The position numbers and the translations under genes are program-made. Below the pieces are notes generated by a model. That model saw only the letters and a program-made list of their open reading frames with translations, was not told the DNA's origin and did not search any database. Below, piece by piece: positions 38,861 through 52,540 of a stretch of 64,000 bases of DNA. The stretch comes from Haliotis rubra (taxonomy: Eukaryota): contig NW_025765958.1 of the NCBI RefSeq assembly GCF_003918875.1, positions 248,001 to 312,000 on the forward strand, in the 5' to 3' direction. Each line of letters starts with the position of its first letter. Positions within the stretch are counted from its first letter, which is position 1.

Positions 38861-39884
38861 TCTGAAGCTACAATTTCTTCCTCCAAATGTTTAGTATTGT
38901 GTCTGTTTTAATTTTTAGTCAATGAGATTTAATTCTCTCTTATTCTAATTAAAACCATTTCTAAAAATAAACCGTCATCAATTTTAGTGTATAAGTTAGC
39001 TCATGCTCATGGTCTGCATTTGCACAATCAACATACACGTTTATTGTCTCTATTAGTGTTAGATCCATCCATGTTCACATTTTTGAATATGCACATGCAC
39101 TCTTATATTCTAATGTCCTCTACATTCAAGGATGGTTCATAATATTATGTATCGTCATTGATGTGTCCGTGCGTGCCTGTGTGTGTGACAACTTTTGTAC
39201 ACACACACACACATACATCGTTATGGGGCATGCATTTAGAAGCTTGCAAATGAAGAAATCAGAGTCTTCATTCCTAAAAGCACAATTCCGCTTACCCGTG
39301 TCCTTGAGGAGATAATTCTTTAATTGGTTGACTGTGATGCATGGCCGGCTATCCAAACTGCTCGTTATGCCGACATTGTCGCCTTTGTAATAGATTAAGC
39401 TATGTTACTTATACACTCTTATTGACCACTGTCTGGCTTTCTGCCTCTTTGGTTATGTTATTGGTACTTTAATGTGATTCTCCGGACAATTACATATGTA
39501 GTCAGTCGGTCTTTGTACGCGTCAATGTACAAATTCAATTAGAATTAGGAGTTACAAAAGTGTCAGATGGGTTTTATATGTGTAGAAAAAAACGTGCATT
39601 ATACGTGTATTTCTTTGAATCAATTCTTTGCAACATTGATTGGTAGTTTGTGTTTCCGAATCAATTATTCCTTAATTAAATTCGTAAAACCGATCGCCAG
39701 GTGAAATGATCTTGCGCAATATGTTATAGAATTAACCACCACGATGTTGCAAGGAACAATACAACATGTAACATAGATTAATCAGTTAGACCAATTGATC
39801 ATTATCAACGTCATTTGTGCATGTTAATACAACAGATTCACTGAAGGATTGAAGGATATCCTTCCCATTTGTTCGATTGGTGAG

Positions 39885-40317
39885 GAATTTAAACTCTCCA
39901 CCTTTTAATCGTAGAATATGTGTCTTCTTAATGTCTGGCTAGATTTATCTACATTGCTAACAGCTGAAGGGATGGTGTAAGTCCAGCTAAGCCCATGCAG
40001 GAGGCAAATGTAGTGTAAGTCCCAGTGGTCCCTAGTATGGTGATCTACCTTCAGTTGTTGGCAATTTGTAGCCGTGTTTTTATATTGTATATTTTATATT
40101 GCCTGTTTTTATATTGTATTGTCCACATAGTGCTATTACTTTTAACTTTCCATACTAGTTTTAATTGTAATTGTGATATACAAGTTGTTTTACTGTCCTT
40201 TGACGACAGGTTTTGTATTATACACATATTCTATTTCAATGTCAAACATGTTCTCGTCACGATATGGCTGAAATATTGCCGATGTGACGTTAAATATTAA
40301 CTCACACTCACTCACTC
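39885..40317 (+). mobile_element. 5'-truncated Nimb 3'-UTR copy
   Basis: Contains the conserved GC-rich domain and (ACTC)n tail; TSD-like cgattggt. Confidence 0.92.
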
Positions 40318-41365
40318 GATTGGTTAAGGCGTACAAGATCTGTTAGCTGCATTCATTATAGCATTTATTACATCTTGACATCAGACAACTGAAAACCAAA
40401 ACAATATATGTAACTGCAGTTCTTGAAAGATGTAACTTTGTGTATACTTGAAAATATTTGGCAAAAGGTAATTCACACAGGATTGTAAAGACTTCATGTA
40501 TAAGGGACGCGTTAGTGTTGGGGTAAATACGATGAAAGGAAGCAAAGAGTACAATGATGACAGGGACAAATATTGAAGTTCTGTCTCAGAAATGTGATGA
40601 CCCACATGTTCATTATATAAGTATAAAATAGAAGAGAAAAACACACAACGCCCGGTCATACATTTTCCGGATGGATATCACGGCTATTTGAATGTCAAAA
40701 GAGCTATATCAATGAACAACCAGTAACTGGTATCTCACGCTGGTGCAGTAGGCTAAACAGGATATATATTAGATTGGCCGTTGAGAAGCAATGGGCTTAA
40801 CTCTGCCATTTAAGATTAATTAAATTGTGGATATCTTCTCATAGTCTCAAGACCGATGAGTGTAGGGTCATGATATGTACTGGTCCCCCATGCATCTACA
40901 GGCTGGCGTTCTTTTTCTTTAACGGAATCAAATTAATAAGACGAATGTAAGGAAGATTAAGGGCCTGATGATGTCGTACGTAGTGGCCAAGATAGAGAGG
41001 ATTTAGTTCCCTGATTCAAACGTGCATCACTCAGTTAGGGCTAAAGCCTTAAAGCTGGGTTAAAACTGGTTACCGAGCGGCAGGTAAAGAACGTTCCGCA
41101 GCCGAGGAATCACGTAACAGGGAGTCACAAAAACCCATCCAAGAATGTGCTGGAATCACCAGCTTACGTTCGCACTTCTTGAGTTTGCAAAAGCAAAATA
41201 ATGGGCTTAAATTTCCTGAATCAATGGCATATACAGCATCAAGGGGAAATAGCCAAGTGCATATAAACATACTTGTCCGGCTCCGGCGACTTATGTTGTA
41301 TGTGCGCCGTGAAGAGACGAGATAACTGCTGATACTCACCAGGCACCTTTGCAAGAACCCTCATT

Positions 41366-41568
41366 TCCTGCAGAAGATTTGGGTTAAAATTGGTCTTCAG
41401 CAACCCATGCTTATCGTAAGATACGACAAACGGGATCGGATGGTAAGACTCGCTGACTTGGTTGACACATGTCATCGTATCCCATTTGCGTAGATTGATG
41501 GTCCAGAGGCGATTATTTACAGACCTATATACATATTGATGAGTGCGGCGTTAAACAACCAACCAACA
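41366..41568 (+). mobile_element. SINE family B copy, internally deleted
   Basis: gaagatttgggttaaaattggtcttcagcaacccatgctt..cgggatcgg..gctgacttggttgacacatgtcatcg..gagtgcggcgttaaac. Confidence 0.88.
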
Positions 41569-41696
41569 CAACCTTCAAAAACAGCCCTGAAATTGCACAT
41601 TCGCATTATTCTTCAAAGTAAACGTTACCTTATGATGACCTTACACACGGGTTCACAAAATGAATAGATGGTAATAGACAAAACCATGAACATAAA

Positions 41697-42126
41697 AACA
41701 AGAGTCATCAGAAGATGACATATCCCCCCCGGCCCCCACATATTTGAAAGAACAAATCATCTGACAGTTACTTAAAGTCCAGCTTGACTTTTTTAAAACA
41801 AAGTCCGAATCGCTTCCATGGAAACCGAGAAAATAATAAATCACAAAAATCTGCAAATAGCAAAAAGGCACCACTTAAGGATCGTTTCCAGTTTTGTTGA
41901 AAATAAACCTTGAGAGAAAATAATAAATCACAAAAATGGAAACTGAAAAATAAAAGGCCAAAATCTGTAAATAGCAAAAGGCACCACCTTAGGATCTGTT
42001 TGATATATCTACCAAGTTTTGTTGATAAATATTGAACAGTTTTTGAGTTATGCTCCGGAAACAAAACGATTACGGACGGACGAGGCGTCGACTATATTTC
42101 CCCGCATTACATGCCGGGGGGATGAA
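41697..42126. mobile_element. Helentron-associated non-autonomous element (HINE/DINE-1-like)
   Basis: Starts aacaagag, hairpin gtcatc-agaa-gatgac, subterminal inverted repeats atccccccggc / gccggggggat, internal tandem duplications, (gacg)n. Confidence 0.8.
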
Positions 42127-42379
42127 AACAAACAGTTTCAATCAAAACAAATAGAAAAAACCCAACCCTTATTTATATCATTATATTCTTCAGGGAAGCA
42201 AAGACAAAACGTCAAGATTCAATAAACACGAAACAAAATCACAAAGGAAATACATTTTGAATCAAGTTCATGCTTACTTAATGGCAAAGTTAAATATTTG
42301 GACGGAAAGGAAAAGAAATTGGAATAAGAAAGAGACTAAATTTACAGTTACAAAGAGAAGAAAAACAGCTGGACATCTG

Positions 42380-44260
42380 CGTAACACGTTTAGGCTTGAA
42401 GTAGGCATCCCCATGGACACTAATTATGCCAACCTGTTTTTCATAGACATGAATTTCTGCAAAATCAAAACAAAACATTTTTGTCAAGAAGTTGAACTTA
42501 AGCTTCAGGTACACCAATGATCTGATGGCGTTCAATAACAATCAAACGGCCAATTGCATTACACTGATTTACCCACCTGAACTTGAAATATATACTAGGC
42601 ACATAAAGAAACTGTGCATACAAAAATTTAAAATCTAAATTTATCAAACCTGTGTAGACACATAAGGATTTAAACTCAGAGATTAGTATCCAACATGCAT
42701 GCACGTGCCACGTTCCGAGACGTCAGTGGGTTCGTCCTTGAGACGTGCAATACGTTGTTGCACGTGCATTCCGGGAAAGAGAAACAGAGCAAATGAATGC
42801 CACACAATACTGTCACTTTGGAAAGCTCAACCCCTGCCTTTGCGATCGTTCAAAAAATTATACGGCTATTGAAACGCATAGCATGCCAAGACTCACGTCT
42901 GCACAACGTCATGAGGCCATTGGGATGGTCCGTGGGGGAATGTCTCAACGACAAGTGGCTGCACATTTCCACTGCCACCGGAACACCATTTCTGCACTGG
43001 TGAGACGCTACCAGAACACAAATGACGTCATCGATCGGCCACGTTCTGGACTTCCACGTGTAACAACGCCAAGACAGGACAGATGGATAAGGGGGGCCCA
43101 TCTTCGCCACAGGTTTCAGACTGCAGTGATGACTGCCCGAACCATCCCAGGACTTCGCCGTATCCACCCCAACACAGTTCGACAACGTTTACGTCATCAC
43201 GGGATCAGACCACGACGTCCCATCCTATCCTGACACAACGTCATCGACAAGCTCGCCGAATGTGGTGCCGAAATCATGTCCGCAGACCCTTGTTTTGGTG
43301 GAGTAATGTTGTTTTCACAGATGAGTCCAGGTTTAACATTTCCCATAGTGATGGACGTCAACGTGCCTATAGACGCGTGGGAGAACGTTATGCTCAGGCC
43401 TGTGTCTTGGAGAGGAATCGCTTTGGTGGTGGTTCCGTGATGATTTGTGGTGGAATAACAGCACGCCAAAGAACTCCTTTGGTGATTGTTCAGGGCAACT
43501 TAACTGGTGTGGGCTACAGGGATCAGATTCTTCGACCTGTGGCAATTCCTTTTCTGCAACGTCATGGCCCTGGGTTAACATTCCAACAGGACAATGCCCG
43601 CCCTCATACGGCAAGGGTTGCAAATTCACCGGATCTCTCCCCGATAGAGCATGTTTGGGACGAGATGGATCGACGTCTACGCTGTCTTCCTCATCCGCCA
43701 GATAACGTCCTTGACCTTGCAACAGAACTTGAGAGAATCTGGCGTGACATCCCACAAGCCTTCCTTGCACGTTTGATAGGCTCTATGCGTCGTCGATGCA
43801 CTGCTGTTCTCAATGCCGATGGTGGACATACCCGTTTTTGAGCTTGTGACATGGTCGTTTGACCCCTGTCCCGCTTGTGGACTCGTGACGTCATTGTGAT
43901 TGACTTTTCAATTGAAATTCTCCCGACTTGTTATGGTGTCATGATCCCTCCATTAAAGTTTATATGTACCTTTGACATTGTTCTCGTACTTATCAACTGG
44001 GATAATATTTTGACAATGCACGGTTTCTTTATGTGCCTAGTATATGTCAAAGGTGAGACCGCCTCTTGTCTTTCATATTTAGATTTATGCATAGATATTC
44101 AGAGTGACAAATGTCTCTCTACAAAGCTGTATGATTTGAACTTTCCAGCAGCCAACTTTCCTTTCCTGTCGAGCAATAGTCCAACAGCTCCAGCCTTATG
44201 ATGTTTATGTTTCAAAACATTCGAGGTTCAAAGATTTCAAGGAGGTTCTCTTGCATCACA
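42380..44260 (+). mobile_element. Penelope-like retroelement RT relic split by a Tc1 insertion
   Basis: GIPMDTN..FRYTNDL..IYPPELEI before 42592, continuing as SYLDL..LSTKLYD..NFPFLSSNSPTAPAYDVYVS after 44045. Confidence 0.85.
42593..44042 (+). mobile_element. Tc1 element with both TIRs; transposase (42883-43841) frameshifted
   Basis: TIR tactaggcacataaagaaac(t/c)gtgca with TA TSD. Paired-like HTH, FTDESRF, QQDNARPH, SPDLSPIE, GGHTRF*. Confidence 0.96.
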
Positions 44261-44915
44261 AGTTTGGATAAATCTGTCATGCCCAAATCATTTAACAATG
44301 AAATTATTTTCTCACGAACGTTTCATACGTGTTATGTGGACCGAGAAATTAACGGTCACGTCAAATTCACATCGCAACATCGAATCGCATTATATGTTCA
44401 CTCTATTAAACACAATTCTGAGCCACGAACACGAAAACGGTGTAACTGTTATTGATATCATTGCTTTGTGTAGCCATAGTTGAAGATGGACATTAACAGA
44501 GTGAATTATAGCTGAAGCTAAGTTAAAAGTGACATGGTCATCATGTAAATTTACTATTTCATGGTCATAGATTTGGAGAAATAGCTAATAACGTATAGTA
44601 TCCATGGCTAACACTATTACCCTTAGTGATAAATCTGTTTATTCATTTTGTCTGTACGTCTCTTCGTGAGAAGAGGTAATAAAAATGATATCACTGCATA
44701 ACAGATATTGACTTGTAATCGGTCTTATCATACTCACGCAGAGGAAAGTAAATGCAAATTGTTTAATTACAATAACATCAGCTCCCCGTAGGCCATAAAT
44801 CTAAATATTAACTCTTTGTTCGGTCTACACATTCTGATCACTGCCAATATACTTGCCATTGGTTCATTGACAATTACAACATCAAACGTCTTATCGGTTG
44901 TAGATTGTGCTTTGG

Positions 44916-45188
44916 ACCCTTGAAGATCCGGAATAGAATAGGTCTTCAGCAACCCATGTGCTTGCAATAAAAGGCGACTATGCTTGTCGTAAGAGGCGAC
45001 TTACGGGATCGGGTGGTCAGTTTCGCTGACTTGGTTGACACATGTCATCGGTTCCCAATTGCGCAGATCGATGCTCATGCTGTTGATCACTGGATTGTCT
45101 GGTCCAGACTCGATTATTTACAGACCGCCGCCATATAGCTGGGATATTGCTGAGTGCGGCGTAAAACTAAACTCACTCACTCACTCAC
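44916..45188 (+). mobile_element. Complete SINE family B copy (no tRNA head)
   Basis: Bounded by TSD tagattgtgctt(t)gg; (ACTC)n tail; internal duplication of the gcttg..ggcgac segment. Confidence 0.92.
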
Positions 45189-46060
45189 TAGATTGTGCTT
45201 GGAAATGAACATGTCCCATAAACATAATCATCAAACAAATTACTTAGACATCTCACACGGACATTCACGGCAACTAGGTTAATTTCATAATAATGTTTCC
45301 ATGACAACATACGATTGTATGACATACATGCATATAATTGACAAAATATCAATTTAAGTTATGTATAACATTTACGCTGAAGTAGTATAGAACGAAGCTT
45401 TAGGCTCCTTATGCAAAAAGGATACAAAAGCATTTTGCCAATATATCATGTCATTACAAAGGCTGACAATCATTTTATCACACTGCTATGTGTTTCCTTT
45501 GCACTTACGCTCTATCTAAGCATAAAATCAAACAGTACCTGTTTTGACTGATCCTTCTCATGAACATTAATTCTTCTGATGAATATGTCATTACTGTATA
45601 CACGAATCTTTTGTTCATTTCTTTCTCTTTCACACTTTCATCTTGAAACGAATAGAAAGAACCTTATCAATGCCTTGTAGCTGGGACGAAGACTTCTATT
45701 TGACATCATCATGCTTTAGATGCCTGGTGCTTACTCTATTAAGAATGTTAAACAAAGCGGGAATGACGTATCGTATAATGCAAGGTGTCCATTGTCTATA
45801 ATGATGTGTTGTTAAAGCTAATATAGCCCGCAGCACTTGGGGACATACGAAATATAGGCCGCGTTATATCTGTCGAACAGGTGACGTGCCTTTGCATGTA
45901 TCATCGGTCTGTGATAGTGATTCGTAAAAAAACATGCTCATAATTGAGTCGAACTCCTATTATCGACTCTGCTGTTAACAGCGATGTCTCGAACATGCTA
46001 ATATTGAAAGCTTTTTATCACTTCTATTAACAGCACGGTCTTGAAACGATGGCCATTTAG

Positions 46061-46231
46061 ACTGACTGACTAACTGAGTTTGGCTTTACGCCGCTTTTAG
46101 CAATATTCCAGCAACATCACGGCGGGGGACACCAGAAATGGGCTTCACACGTTGTACCCATGTGGGGATTCGAACCCGGGTCTTCGGCGTGACGAGCCAA
46201 CGCTATAACCACTAGACTACCCCACCGCCCC
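46061..46231 (-). mobile_element. SINE family A copy with TSD
   Basis: TSD ggccatttaga; intact A and B boxes. Confidence 0.95.
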
Positions 46232-49200
46232 GGCCATTTAGATGGCCATTAATGGAGTTTTAATCCAAGTGGATTTTGATGTATATCAAGAACGTAGATT
46301 TCTTCAGCATATGCATCCGTTATTTATGTTTTAACTCGATGTATGGAATTAAGAAGTTCTTCTACACATGCAACACTGCCTTTTGTAGTTCCATGAATAG
46401 CGTTGCTATTAGTTTGAGCTTTGTCAGTTGCTATAAAAATCGATTCGATAATTCAGCCATGCTATTGACTTCATATTATCATTTTAAAAGTCGAGCGCTC
46501 TTGCAGTACTGTATCGATCATAATGACATACATATTAGTGATGACACAAGAACATTACGAATGAGGGATTGATATCTCTGAAAACTACTTGGCGTTCAGC
46601 CTGAATATTCACACATTGTATTAATCAGAAATCGATATCACAAGACAACTTGGACTGCATGCACCTACTCTCAATTCAAGAATAATGTCAAACGTTTCCA
46701 CTCTCACATTTAATGCTCTACGGTCCTGAGAGAACCCTCACACGGAAACCAATCACGTCAACGCATTGCGGAGCAGGTAATGAAATTCACGTTACAGGAC
46801 GTGTGTGGAACAGAAACACTCTTTTAACTTGCTTGGTATCGTTGAATTATTAAAATGCAGAAAAGCCTATCAAACGAATAATACAGTATAGCAACTGCAT
46901 CTTGAAATGGAGATCATAGTTTAATTACCATCCCTGGGTGACCAGAGTTAAGGCAAGTCCACAGATGATCGTATTCATCAACATCTTGATCAGAGACAGA
47001 TGTAATCAAATCAAAGTTGGAAAATGCAATTCTTTAGAGATGCAATATGACGTGTTTAGAAATATTTTGGCAAAGGTCAGTTGACCCAAGGAGGTAAAGG
47101 AGTCATCATGTTTTACACAAAAGGTATCATTTCGCTCGTAAACACGATACAAAGAAACGAAAACGACCTATTAATCTTTAGCATGCAAGGTTACTTCATC
47201 CCTTATACAGAATTTCAAAAGCGTCGAATGATGACAGCGTCGAATGTCTGGATACATATTTTCTGTCTCACTAATATGGTGGTGGCCGTTAATAGTTCAA
47301 TGGAGGGACAGAGCAAACAAACACTGTCCGACAAAACCTGTATTTAGACGAGAGATGTATTGTACTGCTAAAAGAGTATCATCAGTGGGTGACCTAAATC
47401 AACCAACAACACGGTATCTCATGCTGGTACAAGTTGAACTCGAGAGATAATGGGCTATACGTATACGTATTTACATGCATATTTTGGGCAATCTCTAGAA
47501 TGCCCAATAAAGGACATACTTTGGACAGAATGTAAATGTAAACTGTTCAGATTGGTGATTGGACGAGACAATAAATTCGGGAATTAACATCTTCACTCCT
47601 GGCCTTCCCCCAATTTATCAATCATAATGGGAGAACGTGGTTTGATTAAAGTGGATGCTTTGCACGCATTTAATTGTTTGACGGTTCTCCTCTGAAGCAT
47701 TTCAAGACTTGTATTGAAAACAAGGCATTTCACAATTTCCTTTAAACGAGCCAAGGGTATCTGGCATAATCTCAATGTCAATGCTGATCTTGTTGATTGT
47801 CCTCTACTGCTGACAATCAGTTTTAATCGGCACAAACTCAAGACAGTTTTAAGAGTTTATGTGCAGTTATATTGAGGAAGAACCTGGAAAGTGAAACAGA
47901 ACCGACCACAATCAGTCACTTCCGCTCAAAACCCTCAGCATGCATTAAAACGTTTATATGTAAAGTAGAGTAATATGTATGAATTTAATGAAATTGTCAA
48001 TTACACAATCGTTGCCGCAAACACAGTGTCTTAAAAGAATGAAGGCTGATTATGAGGAACCACATGCTAGTAGAACCGAATGTTAATCACGTTGTACGAT
48101 TTCATGTGTTTATGATTGTGATGTTACCATGTGTTCCTGTGAAGGTGAGCGTACTCTGCTCCTACCTTGTATTACATAAAGCACGTATATCAAGTAGTTT
48201 ATGCAATTCACGGCACGTATATTCGATGTTGTATTCTCCTTCCTTGTCAACACACTCTCACAAACACTGTTCATAAAATCGTGAACATCATGCCAACTGT
48301 AGATTATGTAGCATTTGCACAGCTGGCGCATCGGACACAAACCGAACTAATTCAGCGACATAAACAACGTATGACAGAAAATCGATATGCAGAGATTATT
48401 ATTTCAATTTCAATATACATTATAAATATCTAGAATCCATTGTTTGTAAAAGATAAAACTAAATCATTTGAGCGAGAAACATTGAACAGTTGTTCGCACT
48501 AAATAGTTAGTGTTATGGTATCACCGAGACAGGTAGAGCCAATAGCATTATCAACATGAAATCAGTTGCTTTATAAATCATGAGTGTCTTTTTATTGATT
48601 CCGTGTTCAAAGTATTGGTACAGGGGGTAACGTAATAGTATAAAGCGTCACAAAACCCGGTTTCATAATTCCGGTTTGGTTCCGATTGGGATTCTCGGTT
48701 GTTTTTAAAAATGGCAACATCAAAGACGTGCATAGTTTTAATGAGACACAGTGTTGTCATGCTGTGATATTTTTGTTCACTCATTTATGTGCTCATAATT
48801 TTCATGATATTTGATTCATCTATATCATATGACCAGTGAGCTATGTCTACGTTTCTCTTCTCGGGCAGTAACTGTCCCTGTGATCAGTCACAACACACGG
48901 ACGAGCTGTAAACCAGCTTCGGATTAGTTTTTGAGTCAACTTCAAGGCCGAAATGTGTAGCATTCTGCACATATATATTCTATTCTTTGGAGGTAATCGT
49001 AATAAATTCTACAACCTTCTACAATTAAAACTATTCAATTTAAAATCCCTCATACAATTATCATCCCTGATATATTGCATTACTTGTGTCAACCATGTGT
49101 CGACAATAGACAAGCCGAATGTTTTTGTTTTAAAATCACGTGACAAATGCCCCTAAAGGGAGAGATTCATTGTCATAAGAGGACAAACGTTACATACAAA

Positions 49201-50323
49201 TACTGTAAATTTAGAAACATCTCCATCTTGTACTGTCTTAGATCAGGAAAGATCTTAATACATAATGGACAAAAGTGCCCAAAACCCTGCCGGAATAATA
49301 AGACATCACTTCTTGAAGAAGAGTTCACTGCACGATTCCGACTATCGTGTAACTATCATCAATCTCACGTAGTCACGAACCCAAAATCGTGCGCGTAACA
49401 TACTGCAACGGTACCAAAAAATTACATATAAGGGCAAGCCAAATGGTAAATTGAAAGCAAAACGGACTTTTAGATCACAAACACAAACTATTTCAGATTA
49501 AGGATATGTACACTGTGTGTACTGTCATGTCCCTTTTCACCGCTACATCGAATATTTTCTCGGTTGAAAAGCATCACCACTTCATCCGGATCACTTCATT
49601 TCATCACCATCTTCCTATCGCTTTGTTCCCTCGTTTCATCTATGCATCCCTCATGTATTACCGGGGCCAAATGTTGATAGCCTCCCTCGTTCATCCTGCA
49701 CGACGTAAATGAAAAACATCGTATTTAGTACTACTATTTACGAAGACAATGTAATTAACCATGATAAGTGTGATGGTCACGAACAGAGTAAACAGTTAAA
49801 GTCACATGGAGGCCAGACAGGGAACAATAGAATTATGTACCCATATATATATCACCGAACACTGTATATTGTTCACAGAGAACTGTGTTAGCGTTTATGC
49901 TATTCATCGTTTTCAACCAGAATAAATGCTTTCCCGAACAGAAGCCATAAAAATCAAATATCAGCATAAAAGGCAGGGTAGTGTCATCTATCGTGTTATC
50001 TTCACCATTAAGATAGTACTTACAAAACTTATATATTTCAAGATATCATTAGGTGTTCTCTGTACTCTGAATTCAAAGCTTCGTGCCTTCAGTCGAGACA
50101 ATATTGTCTCTGGCAACTAAAGCGTCAGTAGATTGGGTTTCAAAATGAATAGTTCCCACAACTATACTCAGCAGCAAAAACCCACGTCAGTACGAATGAA
50201 TTAATTAGATAGACACTGCAATTAATTGGATTGGAAGATATTAAAAAATCGAAGAGGTATTATTATCAATTGAAAATTAAATGTCAAAACTTTAAGTAAT
50301 AATAATAATGATCATAATAATAA

Positions 50324-50965
50324 TGGTTGCTTTTATTACCGTCTCCGCCATGTCTGTGGCTTTGACTCTGAGGTCCATCCATGATATGACCCTGAACATG
50401 TCCAGGGCGTCATGGAAAATGATGCTTTCAAACTTCTGTGGAATAGGCCCATATACAGCCTCAGAAGAATTCCAGTTAACAAACCTGACCTTGTCCTTTT
50501 TGATAAAGCCAATGAATTTATATATATCATTGAATTTTCTGTCCCTTTTGACAGCAGTGTGATTGGCAAGATTCAGGAAAAGCATGATAAATATGCGGAC
50601 CTCGGCTTTGAAATGTCTCGCTTGCATCCCAAGTACACTGTCGTCAGGCTCCCCATTGTTCTCGGTGCCCTTGGTTTGGTACCTCCTGAACTCCTGGAGC
50701 AGATCAGGAGAGTGCCCGGGTTCTCTAACGGGAGCACAGCCCTTCTGACACTCGGGGTAATGCAGAAGGCTGCAGTGTTGGGGAGCCTTCATATTCTCCG
50801 GAAAGTTCTTGGTGGGTTCGACTAGGCAGTGTCTTCTGGTAGAAGTCCCATTCGCTGCGTGTAAAGGGGCAAGGGCCCTGAGCTGATGATGAGCCTTACC
50901 AGCCTATCTGTGCCAGGATCAGCCGAACCCTCTCTACTGCATATTATCTTTAATGTGTACAAAAT
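50324..50965 (+). mobile_element. 5'-truncated R4/Dong-like LINE (restriction-like endonuclease domain and 3' UTR)
   Basis: ORF 50412-50825 contains KPDLVLFDK..IIEFSVPFD..EKHDKY..PIVLGALG..QKAAVLGS..ILRKVL. Immediately preceded by (TAA)n at 50296-50323. Confidence 0.9.
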
Positions 50966-52375
50966 AATATTAAGTGTATTTATACCGCGCTGGATTCCAT
51001 GTAAAAGTGTATGCTGAAAGCGCTACATTAAAAGAGGTGCTGCATCACATAAAACATTTGTACATAAAAGATTGAAACTTTTCAGATATGTTTGTCAAAC
51101 ACTGTAATTCCTCTCTCACATTTTTTACTCCACAATCCTGAGAGAAACTTGAAACGGAAACTAATGCAGGTTAATTATGCCTAAAAATACTATAATATCC
51201 GTAAAAAATACAGTTCAGCAAAAGTCGTTTCTGAATGCGTCTTGGAAAGGGAGATTATTATTCAAGCATAACCTCATTGGGTATGTCTTGTCGCAAGAGA
51301 CTCACTGGCGATCCCACTTTGAGAGTGTTTATTGATCATTGTAGAGAGCCTTTATTTGTCTGTCCTCGTCTCATGTATATACAGACTCATACATAGAATA
51401 TCACTGAGACGTAGACAATGAACGAAGAAGCACCAATGGCTTCTACATGATTAAGAAGCATACGTTTATCCACGTTAAAATGTTACTGCATGTGGTGTAG
51501 ACATCACGTAAGTTTTACACACGTAATAGGTGATGTCCGATGGTAGACAAGTGATATTTGGTAATAACCATCAGTTTCATTTCTCGTTTCTGTTGATATA
51601 CCTGTTGTATCGTTTCATTTAAACAATCTGTCATCACTACATGTATACCCAGTACACACAGAATGAAATACAACACTGAAAACACATGCATATATTATTT
51701 ATTATCGTTTGTTAACCGTCACATTGCCACTGTTAAATATGGGTAAAGCTAACTGGTGGTGAAGACTGATTGTTTTGTTTATGCCACCAGCATCAGTAGT
51801 CATGCTGTCTCACCTACCGTGATCCATGATGTCAACATACGATAACACACAGACAGCAAGGAATACCTTGAATCACCCCACTGGTCAACAAGTAGTCACC
51901 AGGAATGCACACAGGCACGTGGAAATTGAATGTCTGTATTTCATGTTTACAACCTCATTATTCCTAATATGAGTATGTAAATACGTCTTGAATAACTGCG
52001 CCTTCATGTAATAGCTTTGGAGTTGTTTCTTGTTTTACGTTTCTTGTCAGCTTACAATATTGCCGTACTGCTACATAGTTCTGACAACGTCTAATGTCCT
52101 CCCACCTGACAACTGAACACCAAGATGTATTCAGTCAGCTACTAGACCAAGAACGCAAGCCAAACTGTCATTTTCCGTCATGAGTCATGAGTCTACAAAC
52201 AAGTCATCTTGATTTGTTAAACCATATAAGACATATCTATCAACATGTACTCTGGGGCTGTTCAGCTGAACCTAAATCGAACCATATTTGAATATGACAT
52301 TGTCACCAAATTATGGTGCTAGGATTTCAATAACATAAGGATAAGTGTTTGGGTTCCATTTCATTCGTGCGTTCT

Positions 52376-52540
52376 GAGCGAGTGAGTATGGTTTTAAACC
52401 GCTTTAAATAATATTTCAGCAATATAAAGGCGGGTGACATCATAAATGGGCTTCACACATTGTACCCATATGGGAAATCGACCCCGTGTCTTCGGCGTGA
52501 TGAGCAAACGTTTTAACCACTAGGCTAAACCAGCGCCCCC
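52376..52540 (-). mobile_element. SINE family A copy
   Basis: Full-length reverse-complement similarity to 19269-19431. Confidence 0.9.

Noticed and set aside
40960-41000. Hammerhead core ctgatga
   Set aside because: No GAAA after the putative stem II.
45200-50290. Short ORFs of 60-100 aa
   Set aside because: No motifs or splice-consistent structure; consistent with chance ORFs.
50875-50930. Hammerhead or C/D snoRNA motif (ctgatgatgag) in the R4 3' UTR
   Set aside because: Required stems, GAAA and box arrangement are not found.
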